From positions 7,832-71,831 of the forward strand of contig CAISEZ010000045.1 in the NCBI GenBank assembly GCA_903884535.1: a stretch of 64,000 bases of DNA. Direction: 5' to 3'. Made by a program: the position numbers and the translations under genes. Below are positions 1 through 10,319 of the stretch, piece after piece (within the stretch, counting starts at the first letter, position 1; each line of letters opens with the position of its first letter). The notes beneath the pieces are model-generated. The model did no database searches. It was not told the origin of the DNA and worked only from the letters and a program-made list of their open reading frames with translations. This DNA comes from an uncultured Verrucomicrobia subdivision 3 bacterium. GTDB taxonomy: Bacteria > Verrucomicrobiota > Verrucomicrobiia > Limisphaerales > UBA11358.

Positions 1-1
1 C

Positions 2-301
2 AGTTACACCTTCATTTCGCCTATTGGCAATTCTAGTCCTCTCTTTCAGTATAACAACAATTGGGAGAATTTTGATTTTAACTTTCTTGCTACATCAGCA
101 AGCACCACCATCTCATTTGCGGAAAACATTGGTTGGTATTATGGCGGCCCTTACAACGATCTTTATTTTAGCAATGGTGGCCTGGACGCCATTTCCGTAA
201 CGGTGGCACCGGAGCAGTCGGCCGTGGCATTGCTGGGCGTGGGTTTGGCCGGCTGGCTGGCGCGCCGGCGGCAGCGGGTTGCCGGCGCGGGAAATCCTTG
301 A
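2..301 (+). CDS. C-terminal part of a PEP-CTERM-type exported protein (5' truncated by window edge)
   Basis: Frame from base 2 reads ...WENFDFNFLATSASTTISF...GLDAISVTVAPEQSAVALLGVGLAGWLARRRQR..NP-TGA(299-301): PEP-like motif, hydrophobic helix, Arg cluster. Not in the ORF track. Confidence 0.85.
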   Translation, partial: SYTFISPIGNSSPLFQYNNNWENFDFNFLATSASTTISFAENIGWYYGGPYNDLYFSNGGLDAISVTVAPEQSAVALLGVGLAGWLARRRQRVAGAGNP

Positions 302-322
302 GCCACCCAAAAACGTCAACCC

Positions 323-358
323 CCCGCCGGAATATTGAATGATTCCGGCGGGTTTTTT
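323..358 (+). terminator. Rho-independent terminator
   Basis: CCCGCCGGAAT-8 nt loop-ATTCCGGCGGG followed by TTTTTT, just after the PEP-CTERM stop. Confidence 0.85.
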
Positions 359-415
359 ATTGGTGGCGAGCTATCGGCGTGACAGGCGCGGCCCAATTTC
401 ATTTAATCGTCCGTC

Positions 416-2248
416 ATGAGTTCGACGTCACTTGCGCGGTCGGTGGATTTTTTGCAGATCAGCGGCCAGTTCAAGCTGGGCGCGCTGGTCACCGAATCGT
501 CGCATCCGGTCACGGCGAATTTGAGCGAGGTGGCGCGGATCGATACCGCCGCCGCGCTGGACCTGCTGTTCCAGGCGGACGAGGACGTGCTGAAGAAATT
601 CCGCGAGTTCGCCGAGTCCGGTCGCGCGGAAACCATCGCGGCCACCGTGCTGGCGGCCGTCAAAAATGGCGGCCGGATTTTCTTCACCGGCTGCGGCTCG
701 ACCGGCCGGTTGAGTATTTTGCTGGATTCCATCTGGCGCGATTTCTGGCAGCAGCAAGGTGGCAGCCGAGGTGACGAGGCTCATTCCAAAACAAAGTCGG
801 AGCCTCCTCACGTCGGCTGCTACGGAGATTTTGAAAACCGCACGTTCAGCGTGATGGCGGGCGGCGATTTTGCGCTCATCAAAGCCGTGGAAGGCTTCGA
901 GGATTTCACCGCGTTCGGCAAAAAGCAGATCAATGATCTGGGCGTGTCGGCCAAGGACGTGGTGTTCGCCATCACCGAAGGCGGCGAAACGTCGTTCGTC
1001 ATCGGCACGGCGTGGGCGGGCGTGGCGGCGGGCGCAAAGGTCTGTTTCGTCTATAATAATCCGGACGACATTTTGTGCGAACACGTCCAGCGCAGCCGCG
1101 AGGTGATCCAGGACGCGCGCATCGAAAAGATCAATCTCACGACCGGCCCGATGAGCATCACCGGTTCAACACGGATGCAGGCGACTTCGATCCAGCTCTG
1201 CGTGATGCTGACCATTTTGGAAATCGTGGTGCGGGAACTCACCGGCAAAAAAGCGGTGGAAACAGCGGACAGCTTTCAAAGCCAGCTCGAAACATTGTTC
1301 AAAACTCTGCGTTCGCCCGCGCTGCTCGCCGCGCTGGCGCAAGTGGTGGTGCTGGAGGAATCGGTTTATCGCGGCGGACACAAGAACAGTTATTTCGCCG
1401 ACCGGCTGGGCATTGATGTTTTGACCGACACGACCGAGCGGTCGCCGACGTATTGCACACCGCCGTTCCGCAAGTTTGATGACGACAAGGCCACCGAGTC
1501 GTGGGCGTTTTTATTTCTGCCGGACGACTGGACGGACAACGCCTGGAAAAATATTCTCAAGCGCAAGCCGCGCTGCGTCGAGTGGAGCGAGCCGGAGATC
1601 CGCGCGCTGGTCGAGGAGGAAAAAGTGGAGCGGACTTTGGAAATCGTCGCCAAAATCCAGCCAACCGAACTGCTCCGCTACAAAATCGGCAGCAACGGCA
1701 TCAAGTATCGTTCGCTTGTGCTGAAGGACAGCGCCGTGGCGGTGATGGCGGCGAAGGAAAAGGAAACGTCGCGGGAATTTATTTTCAAACAGCTTGCCCT
1801 TGCGCAGGTCAACAAGGCGCACACCGGCCTGATTTTTTTCGGCCCGCAAATGCCCGCCGGCATCATGGCCGCCGCCGAATTGCAAGTGCTGGTGCCGGTG
1901 CCGGCAACGGATTTCCTGCTCGACGGCGTGACGCGCGTGGCGGCGAAGCTGGTAATGAACGCCGTTTCCACCTGCACCATGCTGCGGCTGGGCCGCGTGA
2001 TGGGAAATTACATGATCTGGGTGGTGCCGAGCAATCTGAAGCTGATTGACCGCGCGACGCGTTACATCACCAAACTCACCGGGCTGGATTATGTCGCGGC
2101 CAACGCGCTGCTGTTCGAGATCATCGAATACGTCGAGCCACGCATGAAGACGGATCAGGCGTATCCGCCGGTGGTCGGCATGGCGGTGTTGCGCGCGAAA
2201 GAACATCTGACCAACGAGCAGGCGGAGGAGCGGTTAAAGCAGGCTTGA
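416..2248 (+). CDS. MurQ/glucokinase-regulatory-protein-like double SIS-domain sugar-phosphate protein (610 aa)
   Basis: MurQ-family motifs GCGSTGRL, AGGDFAL..AVEGFED, TGPMSITGSTRMQA, KLVMNAVST..M.RLG.V.GNYM....SN.KL..RA; about twice the usual MurQ length. Confidence 0.8.
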   Translation: MSSTSLARSVDFLQISGQFKLGALVTESSHPVTANLSEVARIDTAAALDLLFQADEDVLKKFREFAESGRAETIAATVLAAVKNGGRIFFTGCGSTGRLSILLDSIWRDFWQQQGGSRGDEAHSKTKSEPPHVGCYGDFENRTFSVMAGGDFALIKAVEGFEDFTAFGKKQINDLGVSAKDVVFAITEGGETSFVIGTAWAGVAAGAKVCFVYNNPDDILCEHVQRSREVIQDARIEKINLTTGPMSITGSTRMQATSIQLCVMLTILEIVVRELTGKKAVETADSFQSQLETLFKTLRSPALLAALAQVVVLEESVYRGGHKNSYFADRLGIDVLTDTTERSPTYCTPPFRKFDDDKATESWAFLFLPDDWTDNAWKNILKRKPRCVEWSEPEIRALVEEEKVERTLEIVAKIQPTELLRYKIGSNGIKYRSLVLKDSAVAVMAAKEKETSREFIFKQLALAQVNKAHTGLIFFGPQMPAGIMAAAELQVLVPVPATDFLLDGVTRVAAKLVMNAVSTCTMLRLGRVMGNYMIWVVPSNLKLIDRATRYITKLTGLDYVAANALLFEIIEYVEPRMKTDQAYPPVVGMAVLRAKEHLTNEQAEERLKQA

Positions 2249-2286
2249 ATGGCCGGCGGACCGACTTTGCGCTTTGAACTGGCGCG

Positions 2287-3174
2287 TTGTCCGCATATAA
2301 ATTGCGCGTGTCACAACCGGTTCCACCTGCCATCAACGCCGCCACGCGACTGTGCGCGGTGTATGGCGCGCCCATCCGCCATTCCGCGTCGCCTGCGATG
2401 CACAATGCCGCGTTCGTTGCGCTCGGTCTGAACTGGCGCTACCTCGCGTTTGAAGTGGATCCGAAAAATCTCCGCACTGCCATTGCCGGCGCGCAGGCGA
2501 TGGGCTTCGTCGGCCTCAATCTCACCGTGCCGCACAAGTTGCTCGCCGTGGACATGGTGGATGTGCTCGATGAATCCGCCAAAAAATGGGGCGCGGTCAA
2601 CACGATCAAGTTTGAAGAGGGTCGCTCGGTTGGCTACAACACGGATGCCGACGCGATCGTCACGGCATTGCGCGACGATTTGAAATTGGAACTGCGCGGC
2701 ACAAAGGTGCTGTTGCTCGGCGTCGGCGGGGCTGGGCGCACCGCCGCCTTGAAACTCGCGTCGGAAAACGTCGCCGAGCTGTTTCTGGTCAACCGGACGC
2801 AAAGCAAAGCTGAAAGCATCGCCGCCGAAATCAAAAGCGAATTTCCAGCCGTGCGCGTCGGCGTCGGTTATCCGAAAGCCGACATGGATTTGATTTTGAA
2901 CGCCACTTCGTTGGGGCTAAAACCGGATGACGCTCCGCCGCTGGATGAACAACAGTTTTCATTCAAGCAAGCGCGGGCAGTTTATGACATGGTTTACCGG
3001 CCGGCCGAAACGCCGCTGCTGGCCGCCGCCCAAGCCGCCGGCTGCCGGACGGCGAACGGCCTCGGCATGTTACTGCATCAGGGCGCGAAGGCGTTGGAAA
3101 TCTGGACCGGTCAACCCGCGCCGCGTGACGTGATGCGTCGCGCGCTGGAACAAAATATTTATGGAAATAGATAG
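2287..3174 (+). CDS. aroE: Shikimate dehydrogenase
   Basis: HSASPAMHN, GLNLTVPHK, GAVNT, GYNTD, GVGGAGR, NATSLG, YDMVY, NGLGMLLHQGA motifs. Exact start (TTG 2287 or GTG 2308) uncertain. Confidence 0.95.
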   Translation: MSAYKLRVSQPVPPAINAATRLCAVYGAPIRHSASPAMHNAAFVALGLNWRYLAFEVDPKNLRTAIAGAQAMGFVGLNLTVPHKLLAVDMVDVLDESAKKWGAVNTIKFEEGRSVGYNTDADAIVTALRDDLKLELRGTKVLLLGVGGAGRTAALKLASENVAELFLVNRTQSKAESIAAEIKSEFPAVRVGVGYPKADMDLILNATSLGLKPDDAPPLDEQQFSFKQARAVYDMVYRPAETPLLAAAQAAGCRTANGLGMLLHQGAKALEIWTGQPAPRDVMRRALEQNIYGNR

Positions 3175-3256
3175 TCCAAGGTTCAAAGTCCCAGGTCCAA
3201 AGTCTGACCGGCTGCGCTCTTTGGAACTTTGGGCATGGGACCTTGGACTTTAGACT
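3173..3256. repeat. Inverted heptamer micro-repeat element between aroE and pilD
   Basis: Left arm GTCCAAG GTTCAAA GTCCCAG GTCCAAA GTC (3174-3204); right arm TTGGAAC TTTGGGC ATGGGAC CTTGGAC TTTAGAC (3221-3255), the reverse complement of the same unit. Confidence 0.85.
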
Positions 3257-3265
3257 TAACGATTC

Positions 3266-4372
3266 ATGTTTCACAACACATTCAATCCAGCTTACTGGGA
3301 AGCCGTGCCGTTTCATTTCTGGTCGTTGGTCTTTTTTGCCTTTGGCTGCATCGTCGGCAGTTTTCTGAACGTGTGCATTTACCGGATGCCGCTGGACCTG
3401 AGCGTGGTCGCGCCGCCGTCGCATTGCCCGCATTGCAAATATTCCATTCCGTTTTACCTGAACATCCCGCTGCTGACGTGGCTCTCGCTGGGCGGCCGTT
3501 GCAAGAATTGCGCCGCGCCGATCTCGCCCCGCTACTTCATCGTGGAACTGCTCACCGGCCTGATGTTTTTAATCTGCTGGCTGACATTTGGGCAGCAGTC
3601 GGCGTGGCTCGCCGTGGTTTATTCCATTTTTCTCGCCGGCCTGATCACCGCGACGTTCATCGACTTCGAGCATTTCATCATTCCTGACGAAATCACTTTG
3701 GGCGGCGCGGTGCTGGGGTTGGTGATTTCTTTTTTCCTGCCGCGCCTGCACGAGGCGACCACGAACGGGCAGGGGATGGTGCGCAGTTTGGTCGGCATCG
3801 CCGGCGGCGCGGGCATCGTCTATGCGATTTTGCGGCTGGGCAAACTGATGTTCGGCCGGCAGCGGATGAAACTGGCGCCGGACACCACGGTGGTTTTTTC
3901 CGAAACCGCGCTCTGCCTGCCGGATCAGGAAATTCCCTACGAAGAATTTTTCTACCGCAAGACCGACACGATTGTGCTGGCGGCGCGCACCGTTGAACTC
4001 GTGGATCGCGGCTACCAAGATGTCACCGTGCGATTGTCGCCGTCGGCCCTCAAGATTGGCGAGGAACTGTTGAATCCCGAAGACGTGCTGCACCTTGAAG
4101 CGGTTTGTTCGGAAATCGTCGTGCCGCGCGAGGCGATGGGTTTGGGCGACGTAAAATTCATGGCGGCCATCGGCGCGTTCATCGGCTGGCAAGGCGCGGT
4201 GTTTTCGCTGATGGCCAGTTCAATGATCGGCGCGGCGGTCGGAATGGTTTTGATCGCCCTCGGCAAACGCGAATGGTCCTCGCGGATGCCTTACGGTCCT
4301 TACATCGCGTTGGCGGCGGTGCTCTGGCTCTTTGGCGGGAAGAATATTTTCCGCGCGCTGTATGGAGTTTAA
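3266..4372 (+). CDS. pilD: Prepilin peptidase / N-methyltransferase (A24)
   Basis: GSFLNVCIYRMP, SHCPHC...GRCKNC zinc motifs, FIDFEHFIIPD and MGLGDVK catalytic Asp motifs, PYGPYIA. Confidence 0.95.
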   Translation: MFHNTFNPAYWEAVPFHFWSLVFFAFGCIVGSFLNVCIYRMPLDLSVVAPPSHCPHCKYSIPFYLNIPLLTWLSLGGRCKNCAAPISPRYFIVELLTGLMFLICWLTFGQQSAWLAVVYSIFLAGLITATFIDFEHFIIPDEITLGGAVLGLVISFFLPRLHEATTNGQGMVRSLVGIAGGAGIVYAILRLGKLMFGRQRMKLAPDTTVVFSETALCLPDQEIPYEEFFYRKTDTIVLAARTVELVDRGYQDVTVRLSPSALKIGEELLNPEDVLHLEAVCSEIVVPREAMGLGDVKFMAAIGAFIGWQGAVFSLMASSMIGAAVGMVLIALGKREWSSRMPYGPYIALAAVLWLFGGKNIFRALYGV

Positions 4373-4527
4373 CCGGTGATATTCACCCGGCGAATCGGTG
4401 TTGGAACCGCGTCGTCCGGCATCGCCATGATGCCGCGCAAAAAAAACTTCCCACATTCGTTCGTGCTGGAAGTGCTTGAACGGCTCTTCTATCTAATCAG
4501 GCCGGTATATTCTTGATCGCAAAGGCA

Positions 4528-7500
4528 TCAGGAATATTGGCCTTCGAGAATTGTGCGGACCATTTTCAAGAGTTGATCTACCGCAAACGGCTTTTGGATA
4601 AATGTCTCGCCGTTCTTCAACTGAAATTCATGGCCGGCGATGGTGGCGCTGTAACCACTCATGAACACCACTTTCAGGCCCGGCTTTTCCGCCTGCATCT
4701 GGCGGGCCAATTCCTGTCCGTTCATACCGCCGGGCATCACCATGTCGGTGAGCAGCAGCGCGACGGTGGCGTGATGCGTCTGCCAGAGTTTCAGGGCTTC
4801 CTGGCCGTTGGTGGCGGCCCAAACCCGATACCCCTGGCGCTCGAGAATTTTGCGCGCCAGCTTGAGCAAGCCAGATTCGTCCTCGACTAACAAAATGGTT
4901 TCCGTGCCCCGGCGAGTCTTGAACTGAGTGTCGCTGCTCCCCGCTTCCGTCGGCGTGGCATTGGCCGGCAAAAAGATTTGGAACGTGACTCCTTGGGCCG
5001 GCCGGTTGACCAACTGGACCCAGCCGTGATGTTGTTTGACGATGCCATAAACCGTGGCCAATCCCAGGCCCGTCCCTTTGCCTTCCCCTTTGGTGGTAAA
5101 AAAAGGCTCGAAGACGCGCGGCAGGATTTCCGGCGGAATGCCGCCGCCATTGTCGCTGACGCTGAAGCAGACAAAATGGCCGGGAGCCGCTTCCGCATGG
5201 AGTTGGGCCGTGTCCGCGTCCACGGTTTTGGCCGTGGTTTCAATGCGCAACTGGCCGCCGTGGGGCATGGCGTCGCGGGCATTGACGACGAGGTTCATCA
5301 GCACCTGATCCAGCATACCCGCATCCGCCCGGGTCAACAGTTCAGCCGGGTGCAAGTTTAATTGCATCTGCACATGCTCGCCGATGATGCGTTGAAGCAT
5401 CTTGACGAGGTTGGTGATCAGTTCATTCAAATCCAGCACGCGCGGCTGCATCACCTGCCGCCGGCTGAACAGCAACAACTGCCGGGTGAGGTTGGCGGCA
5501 CGGTTGGCATCCGCCCGGATCTGCTCCAATCCCTCACGAATTTCCACTGCCGTCGGTTCGCCGGTCAGCAATTCCACCTGCATGAGCGTCGATGCGAGAA
5601 TGTTGTTAAAATCGTGCGCCACGCCGCCGGCCAACTGGCCAATGGCTTCCATTTTTTGGGATTGGCGGAGCTGGTTTTCCAGTTGTGCTTCGCGCGTGGT
5701 GTCGCGCTTGACCGCCATGTAATTGATCACTTTGCCAGTGGCGTCCCGAATCGGTGAAATGGTGGCATCTTCCTCATAAAGTTTGCCGTCCTTGCGCCGG
5801 TTCACAAAATGCCCGGACCAGACATGGCCCGCCAACAGCACTTCCCAGAGTTTACGGTAAAACTCAGTGTCATGCTGGCCACTCTTGAGCAGGCGGGGAT
5901 TATGCCCCAGCGCCTCAGCCGCCGTATAGCCGCTGGCCTTTTCAAATGCCGGATTGACATAGGTTATTTTGCCTTTGGCGTCGGTGATGACAATGCTCTC
6001 CGTCGCCTGTTCAACCAACATTGCCAGCCGCGCATGCGCTTCCTCTGCCAGTCTGCGCTCGGTAATATCGCGATCAAAAGCGATGACGCACTTCTGTCCG
6101 GCAACGGTGATCTGGGTAGTTGTCACTTCCACCGGGAAAATCGAGCCGTCTTGCCGCCGATGCTGGACCTCGAAAGTCAACGGTTCGCCTGCAGTCATGC
6201 GCCGGAGCCGTTCCGGCACTCGCGCTGCCGATTCATCTATGTTCAGAACGGCGATGTTTTTTCCGATCAGTTCTCCGGGCTGGTAACCATGCATTTGTGC
6301 CGCGAGGCGATTGCAGGCCAAGATACTGCCCGGGTCTTCACCTTCCGCAGAAATGAGGAACACCGCATCCGGCGCGTTTTCAAAAATGACTTGGTAGCGG
6401 GCTTGGCTGTCATGCACCTCCAGCGCAAAGCTGATGTCTGCCGCCAGGTCGTCGAGCAGCCGCAGTTCGTCGGAATCAAAAAATTCAGGTTCGCCCGCAT
6501 AAAAACTAAAAACGCCGATGACCTCGCCGTTCATTTTTAAAGGAAAGCCGGCGGACGACTGATAACCGCGCTTCAGTGCTTCTTCGCGCCAGGGAAGGTA
6601 ACTCGCGTCCAGTTCAATAAGGTTGCAAACCGAATGTTCGCCGGTCGAACAGCAGCGGCCTGCCGGTCCGCTTTTCCGGGTTGTGTCCTGCAAATCAATC
6701 TGCGTCAACTGAAGATAACCCTCCACCACGCCGGCGGAGGCGACCGGTTCCAATTGCTGTGTCGTGCGGTTTATTATTCCGATCCAAGCCATCCGGAATT
6801 TTCCGGTTTCCACCCCGATGGCGCATGCCGCCGTGAACAGGGCCTGCGGTTCGTGTTCGCGCACGATGGTCTGGTTGATTTCACTCAACACCGCGTGGGT
6901 GCGGTTCAACCGGTGGATCCTGGCCTCGGCTTGCTTGCGCTCGGTGATGTCGCGCATGAAGGCAAAATTATATTCCTGCCCGCCGAATTCAAACCAGTTG
7001 AGATCTACCTCGACCGGGATGAGGTGACCATCTTTCCGACGATGCCGGGTTTCAAAACACATGCGTTTACGCGTGCGCAAATCCTGCCAATGCTCCAGCC
7101 AGCGCGCTGCTGGAAAATCGGGATCCAGATTGGTTATGGCGAGCTGGAGCAGTTCCGCTTCGGTATAGCCGAGTTGGGCGCAGGCGGCGGCGTTGGCGCG
7201 GACAATCCGGGCATCGCGGGCAATCCAGAGCGTGGCGAGCGACGCGTGGTTGACGGAAAATTCGCTCAATTGCAGTGCGGCTTCCGCCGCTTTGCGCGCC
7301 GTGATGTCGCGCGCCGAGTTGTAGAGAAAATGGCAACCCTCCAGCACCACGGCGCTCGCGCTGATTTCGACCGTGATGAAAGTGCCATCCTTGCAGCGGT
7401 GCCGGGTCTCGAACACTTCAGGGCGCGCTATCAGCTCGGCAATTTTCACCATTAGTTGCTCCCGCGACCAGCGCACGTCCCAATCCGCCACGTTGAGCTG

Positions 7501-9555
7501 CATGACTTCTTCCAACGAATAACCCAGCATGGTGGCGAAGGCCGAATTGGCTTCCACTACATTGCCTCGCAAGTCCAGCACGTGAATGCCATCAGTGCCG
7601 GTTTGCAGCAATTTCTGGTGGCGCAAGGCCATCGTCTTTAAAGCGGTCTCCGCCTGCTTGCGCTCGGTGATGTCCGTGGTGGCACCAAACATGCGAACGG
7701 GCCGACCTTCCGCGTCGCGCATGGCCTCGCCCCGCGAGAATAACCAGCGATAGCTGCCGTCCTTGTGCCGCAACCGGATTTCGAGCGCGTAAGGTTTGCC
7801 CGCTTCCAGATGTCCTCGGGTTGCTTCGTTCACCTTCGCCCGGTCGTCGGGGTGGATGAGATTTAAAAAGGTGGATTTGTGGTTGGTTAACTCATCGTCC
7901 CGGTAGCCGAGGATTGCTTTCCACCGTGGCGAAAAAACATCTTCATCGGTGAGAATATTCCAATCCCACATGCCGTCGGCCACGGCGCGTTCCGTCAGCG
8001 CATAGCGCGCCTCGCTGGCCCGCAGCGCCGTCTCCGCATCAATCCGCGCAATGGCCCCGGCGCAATGATCCGCCAATGATTGCAACGTGGCCAGATCTTG
8101 TTGGGTGTAGGCATTCCGCCGGTAGCTCTGAACCGACAGGAAGCCGACCACTTTTCCGTGAAGCTTCAGCGGCACATACATCAGCGACAGCGATATCCGG
8201 CTGGTGTCCCCGAAGCGGCGGATTGTCCCGGCGTCATCCGTGTCCGCCTTCCGGAGCACCAACTGGCCGCCCTGCTCAATCACGCGCCGCAACATTGGGC
8301 TGGGGTGTATACTGTCCGGCGCGAGCGGCACGGTCACGCGTTCACCGTTTAGCGTGTCTTTGTTAACCAATTCCCTGAAAGTGTCGCTGGTGGCATCGTA
8401 GCGGAAGAGGAAACAGGCGTCCCAGGCGAACAGTTCTAAAGCCGTGTCGGTGACGGCCTCGGCTGCCACCTGATTATCCGTTGCAACGCTCAACTGCGAA
8501 CTCAGCCGGGCCAGGGCGCGCGTTTGGGCCTCCGCCAGTTTGCGCTCGGTGATGTCCTGCAAAAACACCAAACTCCCCGGCTGGCCCTGGTAACGGATGG
8601 GCGTGGCCGTAACCTCCACCGGCACGCTGGTGCCATCCAAACGGAGATATATTTCTTCCAACGCCGGCGCGGCGTTTTGCTGCTGGAGAAAAACTTTCGC
8701 GACGCGCTCCCGGATGCATTCGTGATAATCCGGATGCACCCGCGTCAGAAACGGCTGACCCAGCAACTGGTCTGGCCGTTCCGCACCCAGCAATCGCAAG
8801 GCCGCCGAATTGACGTAGGCGAATTTCATGTCCAGGTTCACATAAATCCCCAGACTGGAATTTTCAATCATGGACCGGAAGCGGTCTTCGCTTTCCAGCA
8901 ATTTCGCCTCCGCCTGTTTGCGCTTGGTGATATCGCGAAACGACCACACCCGGCCCACGACGCTGTCCCCGATCCGTTGCGCCTTGGAATAACGTTCGAA
9001 GATGCGCCCGTCGCGGAATTTTAGTTCATCCCAGGATTCAGCCTGAGGATGGTGATACAACTCCTGGACCTTGGCCTGAAACAAATCCGGCTCCGCCAGT
9101 TGGCCGATGACATATTGAAGCAGCCGTTGATCATCCCTGCCGGCCGCGAGCGCGGCGGGGATTTGCCATAGCTGGAGAAATTTCTGGTTACAACTCGTCA
9201 CCTTGCCGAGGGCATCCACCACGAGAATGCCATCGGCCGTGGATTCCAGGGCGGCATTCAGCAGCGAGTTGGATTGGGCCAGCACCGCCTCGGCTTGCGC
9301 ACTTTTTTCCAATCCCAGTTCCCAGCGCCGCAACGACCGCTTCAATAACCAGTAAATCAATCCGCCGGTGATGACCGCCAAACCGCAATCCTTGAGGATG
9401 TCGGTAAAATAAAATGCGTTGGCTTTGCTGAGGTAAGTCTGAAGCACCCGATCAGAGAAAATATTCCACGAGACAGTCACGCTGACGTAAATCAACGCCA
9501 CCTTGAAGGCCAGTCGGTTAGCTTTTCCTAGACGCATGTATCCAGTTAAATCCAT
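4528..9555 (-). CDS. Membrane-anchored multi-PAS/GAF hybrid histidine kinase with receiver domain
   Basis: Two N-terminal hydrophobic segments, repeated DITERK PAS-PAC ends, two GAF-like regions, [12 protein letters not shown]-box, [15 protein letters not shown]-terminal receiver (LLVED, TDMVMPG, KPF). Confidence 0.93.
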   Translation of the reverse strand: MDLTGYMRLGKANRLAFKVALIYVSVTVSWNIFSDRVLQTYLSKANAFYFTDILKDCGLAVITGGLIYWLLKRSLRRWELGLEKSAQAEAVLAQSNSLLNAALESTADGILVVDALGKVTSCNQKFLQLWQIPAALAAGRDDQRLLQYVIGQLAEPDLFQAKVQELYHHPQAESWDELKFRDGRIFERYSKAQRIGDSVVGRVWSFRDITKRKQAEAKLLESEDRFRSMIENSSLGIYVNLDMKFAYVNSAALRLLGAERPDQLLGQPFLTRVHPDYHECIRERVAKVFLQQQNAAPALEEIYLRLDGTSVPVEVTATPIRYQGQPGSLVFLQDITERKLAEAQTRALARLSSQLSVATDNQVAAEAVTDTALELFAWDACFLFRYDATSDTFRELVNKDTLNGERVTVPLAPDSIHPSPMLRRVIEQGGQLVLRKADTDDAGTIRRFGDTSRISLSLMYVPLKLHGKVVGFLSVQSYRRNAYTQQDLATLQSLADHCAGAIARIDAETALRASEARYALTERAVADGMWDWNILTDEDVFSPRWKAILGYRDDELTNHKSTFLNLIHPDDRAKVNEATRGHLEAGKPYALEIRLRHKDGSYRWLFSRGEAMRDAEGRPVRMFGATTDITERKQAETALKTMALRHQKLLQTGTDGIHVLDLRGNVVEANSAFATMLGYSLEEVMQLNVADWDVRWSREQLMVKIAELIARPEVFETRHRCKDGTFITVEISASAVVLEGCHFLYNSARDITARKAAEAALQLSEFSVNHASLATLWIARDARIVRANAAACAQLGYTEAELLQLAITNLDPDFPAARWLEHWQDLRTRKRMCFETRHRRKDGHLIPVEVDLNWFEFGGQEYNFAFMRDITERKQAEARIHRLNRTHAVLSEINQTIVREHEPQALFTAACAIGVETGKFRMAWIGIINRTTQQLEPVASAGVVEGYLQLTQIDLQDTTRKSGPAGRCCSTGEHSVCNLIELDASYLPWREEALKRGYQSSAGFPLKMNGEVIGVFSFYAGEPEFFDSDELRLLDDLAADISFALEVHDSQARYQVIFENAPDAVFLISAEGEDPGSILACNRLAAQMHGYQPGELIGKNIAVLNIDESAARVPERLRRMTAGEPLTFEVQHRRQDGSIFPVEVTTTQITVAGQKCVIAFDRDITERRLAEEAHARLAMLVEQATESIVITDAKGKITYVNPAFEKASGYTAAEALGHNPRLLKSGQHDTEFYRKLWEVLLAGHVWSGHFVNRRKDGKLYEEDATISPIRDATGKVINYMAVKRDTTREAQLENQLRQSQKMEAIGQLAGGVAHDFNNILASTLMQVELLTGEPTAVEIREGLEQIRADANRAANLTRQLLLFSRRQVMQPRVLDLNELITNLVKMLQRIIGEHVQMQLNLHPAELLTRADAGMLDQVLMNLVVNARDAMPHGGQLRIETTAKTVDADTAQLHAEAAPGHFVCFSVSDNGGGIPPEILPRVFEPFFTTKGEGKGTGLGLATVYGIVKQHHGWVQLVNRPAQGVTFQIFLPANATPTEAGSSDTQFKTRRGTETILLVEDESGLLKLARKILERQGYRVWAATNGQEALKLWQTHHATVALLLTDMVMPGGMNGQELARQMQAEKPGLKVVFMSGYSATIAGHEFQLKNGETFIQKPFAVDQLLKMVRTILEGQYS

Positions 9556-9842
9556 CGGTTATCTGGCAGCAAGCTAAAGGAGAATAGGGTGATGCCCCGA
9601 TTTGGTAGCGGAGCAGGGGGCTTTAATCCGCAATCAAATGACATGCATGGGACGGACTGCGGTCGCAAGCCGCATTCGGATTCAGGGTGCTGTGGTAAAC
9701 CCCTTGTCAGCCGTTGGGGGCGCGTCAGGTTGCAATGCCGACGGCGTTGGTTGGGGGGCAAATGGGCTGAAACTTTTTGCCATTCCGCAGTCAAGTTGGC
9801 CGGCGATTAGCCGATGAAAAGACGGCAGCCAAACATCCTTTT

Positions 9843-10211
9843 ATGAACTATACTCAAGAAATCGCCAAAGCCGTCGGTGCTCATGGTTTATGGAAACAAT
9901 GGATTGTCGCGGCCATCACAGAGGGTCGTTCTGATTCCAATCTGGCTTAGGTCGAACTCGACAACTTATGTGATTTTGGCAAGTGGCTTTATAGCCTTTC
10001 ACCCGCCGATCAAAACTCGGAACATTTCAAGCGGGTCAAAGCGCTTCATGCCAATTTTCACAAAGAAGCGGCCAAGGTTTTGCGCCAGGCAGTTTCCGGA
10101 CAAAAGGCTGCCGCAGAAAAGAGTGTGAACTTTGGTGGAGCCTACGCAAATTCCTCATCGGAATTGACTTTGGCCATGATGAATTGGAAGAAGGCAATGG
10201 GTGCCACCTGA
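9843..10211 (+). pseudogene. Stand-alone CZB (chemoreceptor zinc-binding) domain gene with in-frame TAG at 9948-9950
   Basis: MNYTQEIAKAVGAHGLWKQW...SNLA*VELDNLCDFGKWLY...KALHANFHKEAAKV...WKKAMGAT-TGA; H..WK, C.FGKW and H..FH ligands all in one frame across the TAG. Confidence 0.85.
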
Positions 10212-10319
10212 AGTGACTCGACTTATTAAGATCCTACGCTCGGCTTTTGACCTGGTTGTTGTTTCCAGGCTCGCCGTTGATTTCGGTTTTTTGAGATACA
10301 ACAATGCTATGTCGAAACC

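Noticed and set aside
4417-4447. Terminator after pilD
   Set aside because: GGCATC/GATGCC hairpin is followed by A's on the plus strand and preceded by the U-run on the minus strand; wrong geometry either way.
9556-9842. Riboswitch in the kinase/CZB intergenic region
   Set aside because: Only a short TGCGG-TCGCAAG-CCGCA hairpin; no recognisable aptamer consensus.
9877-10128. 83-aa ORF from the track
   Set aside because: Wrong frame; the CZB reading frame from 9843 explains the region.
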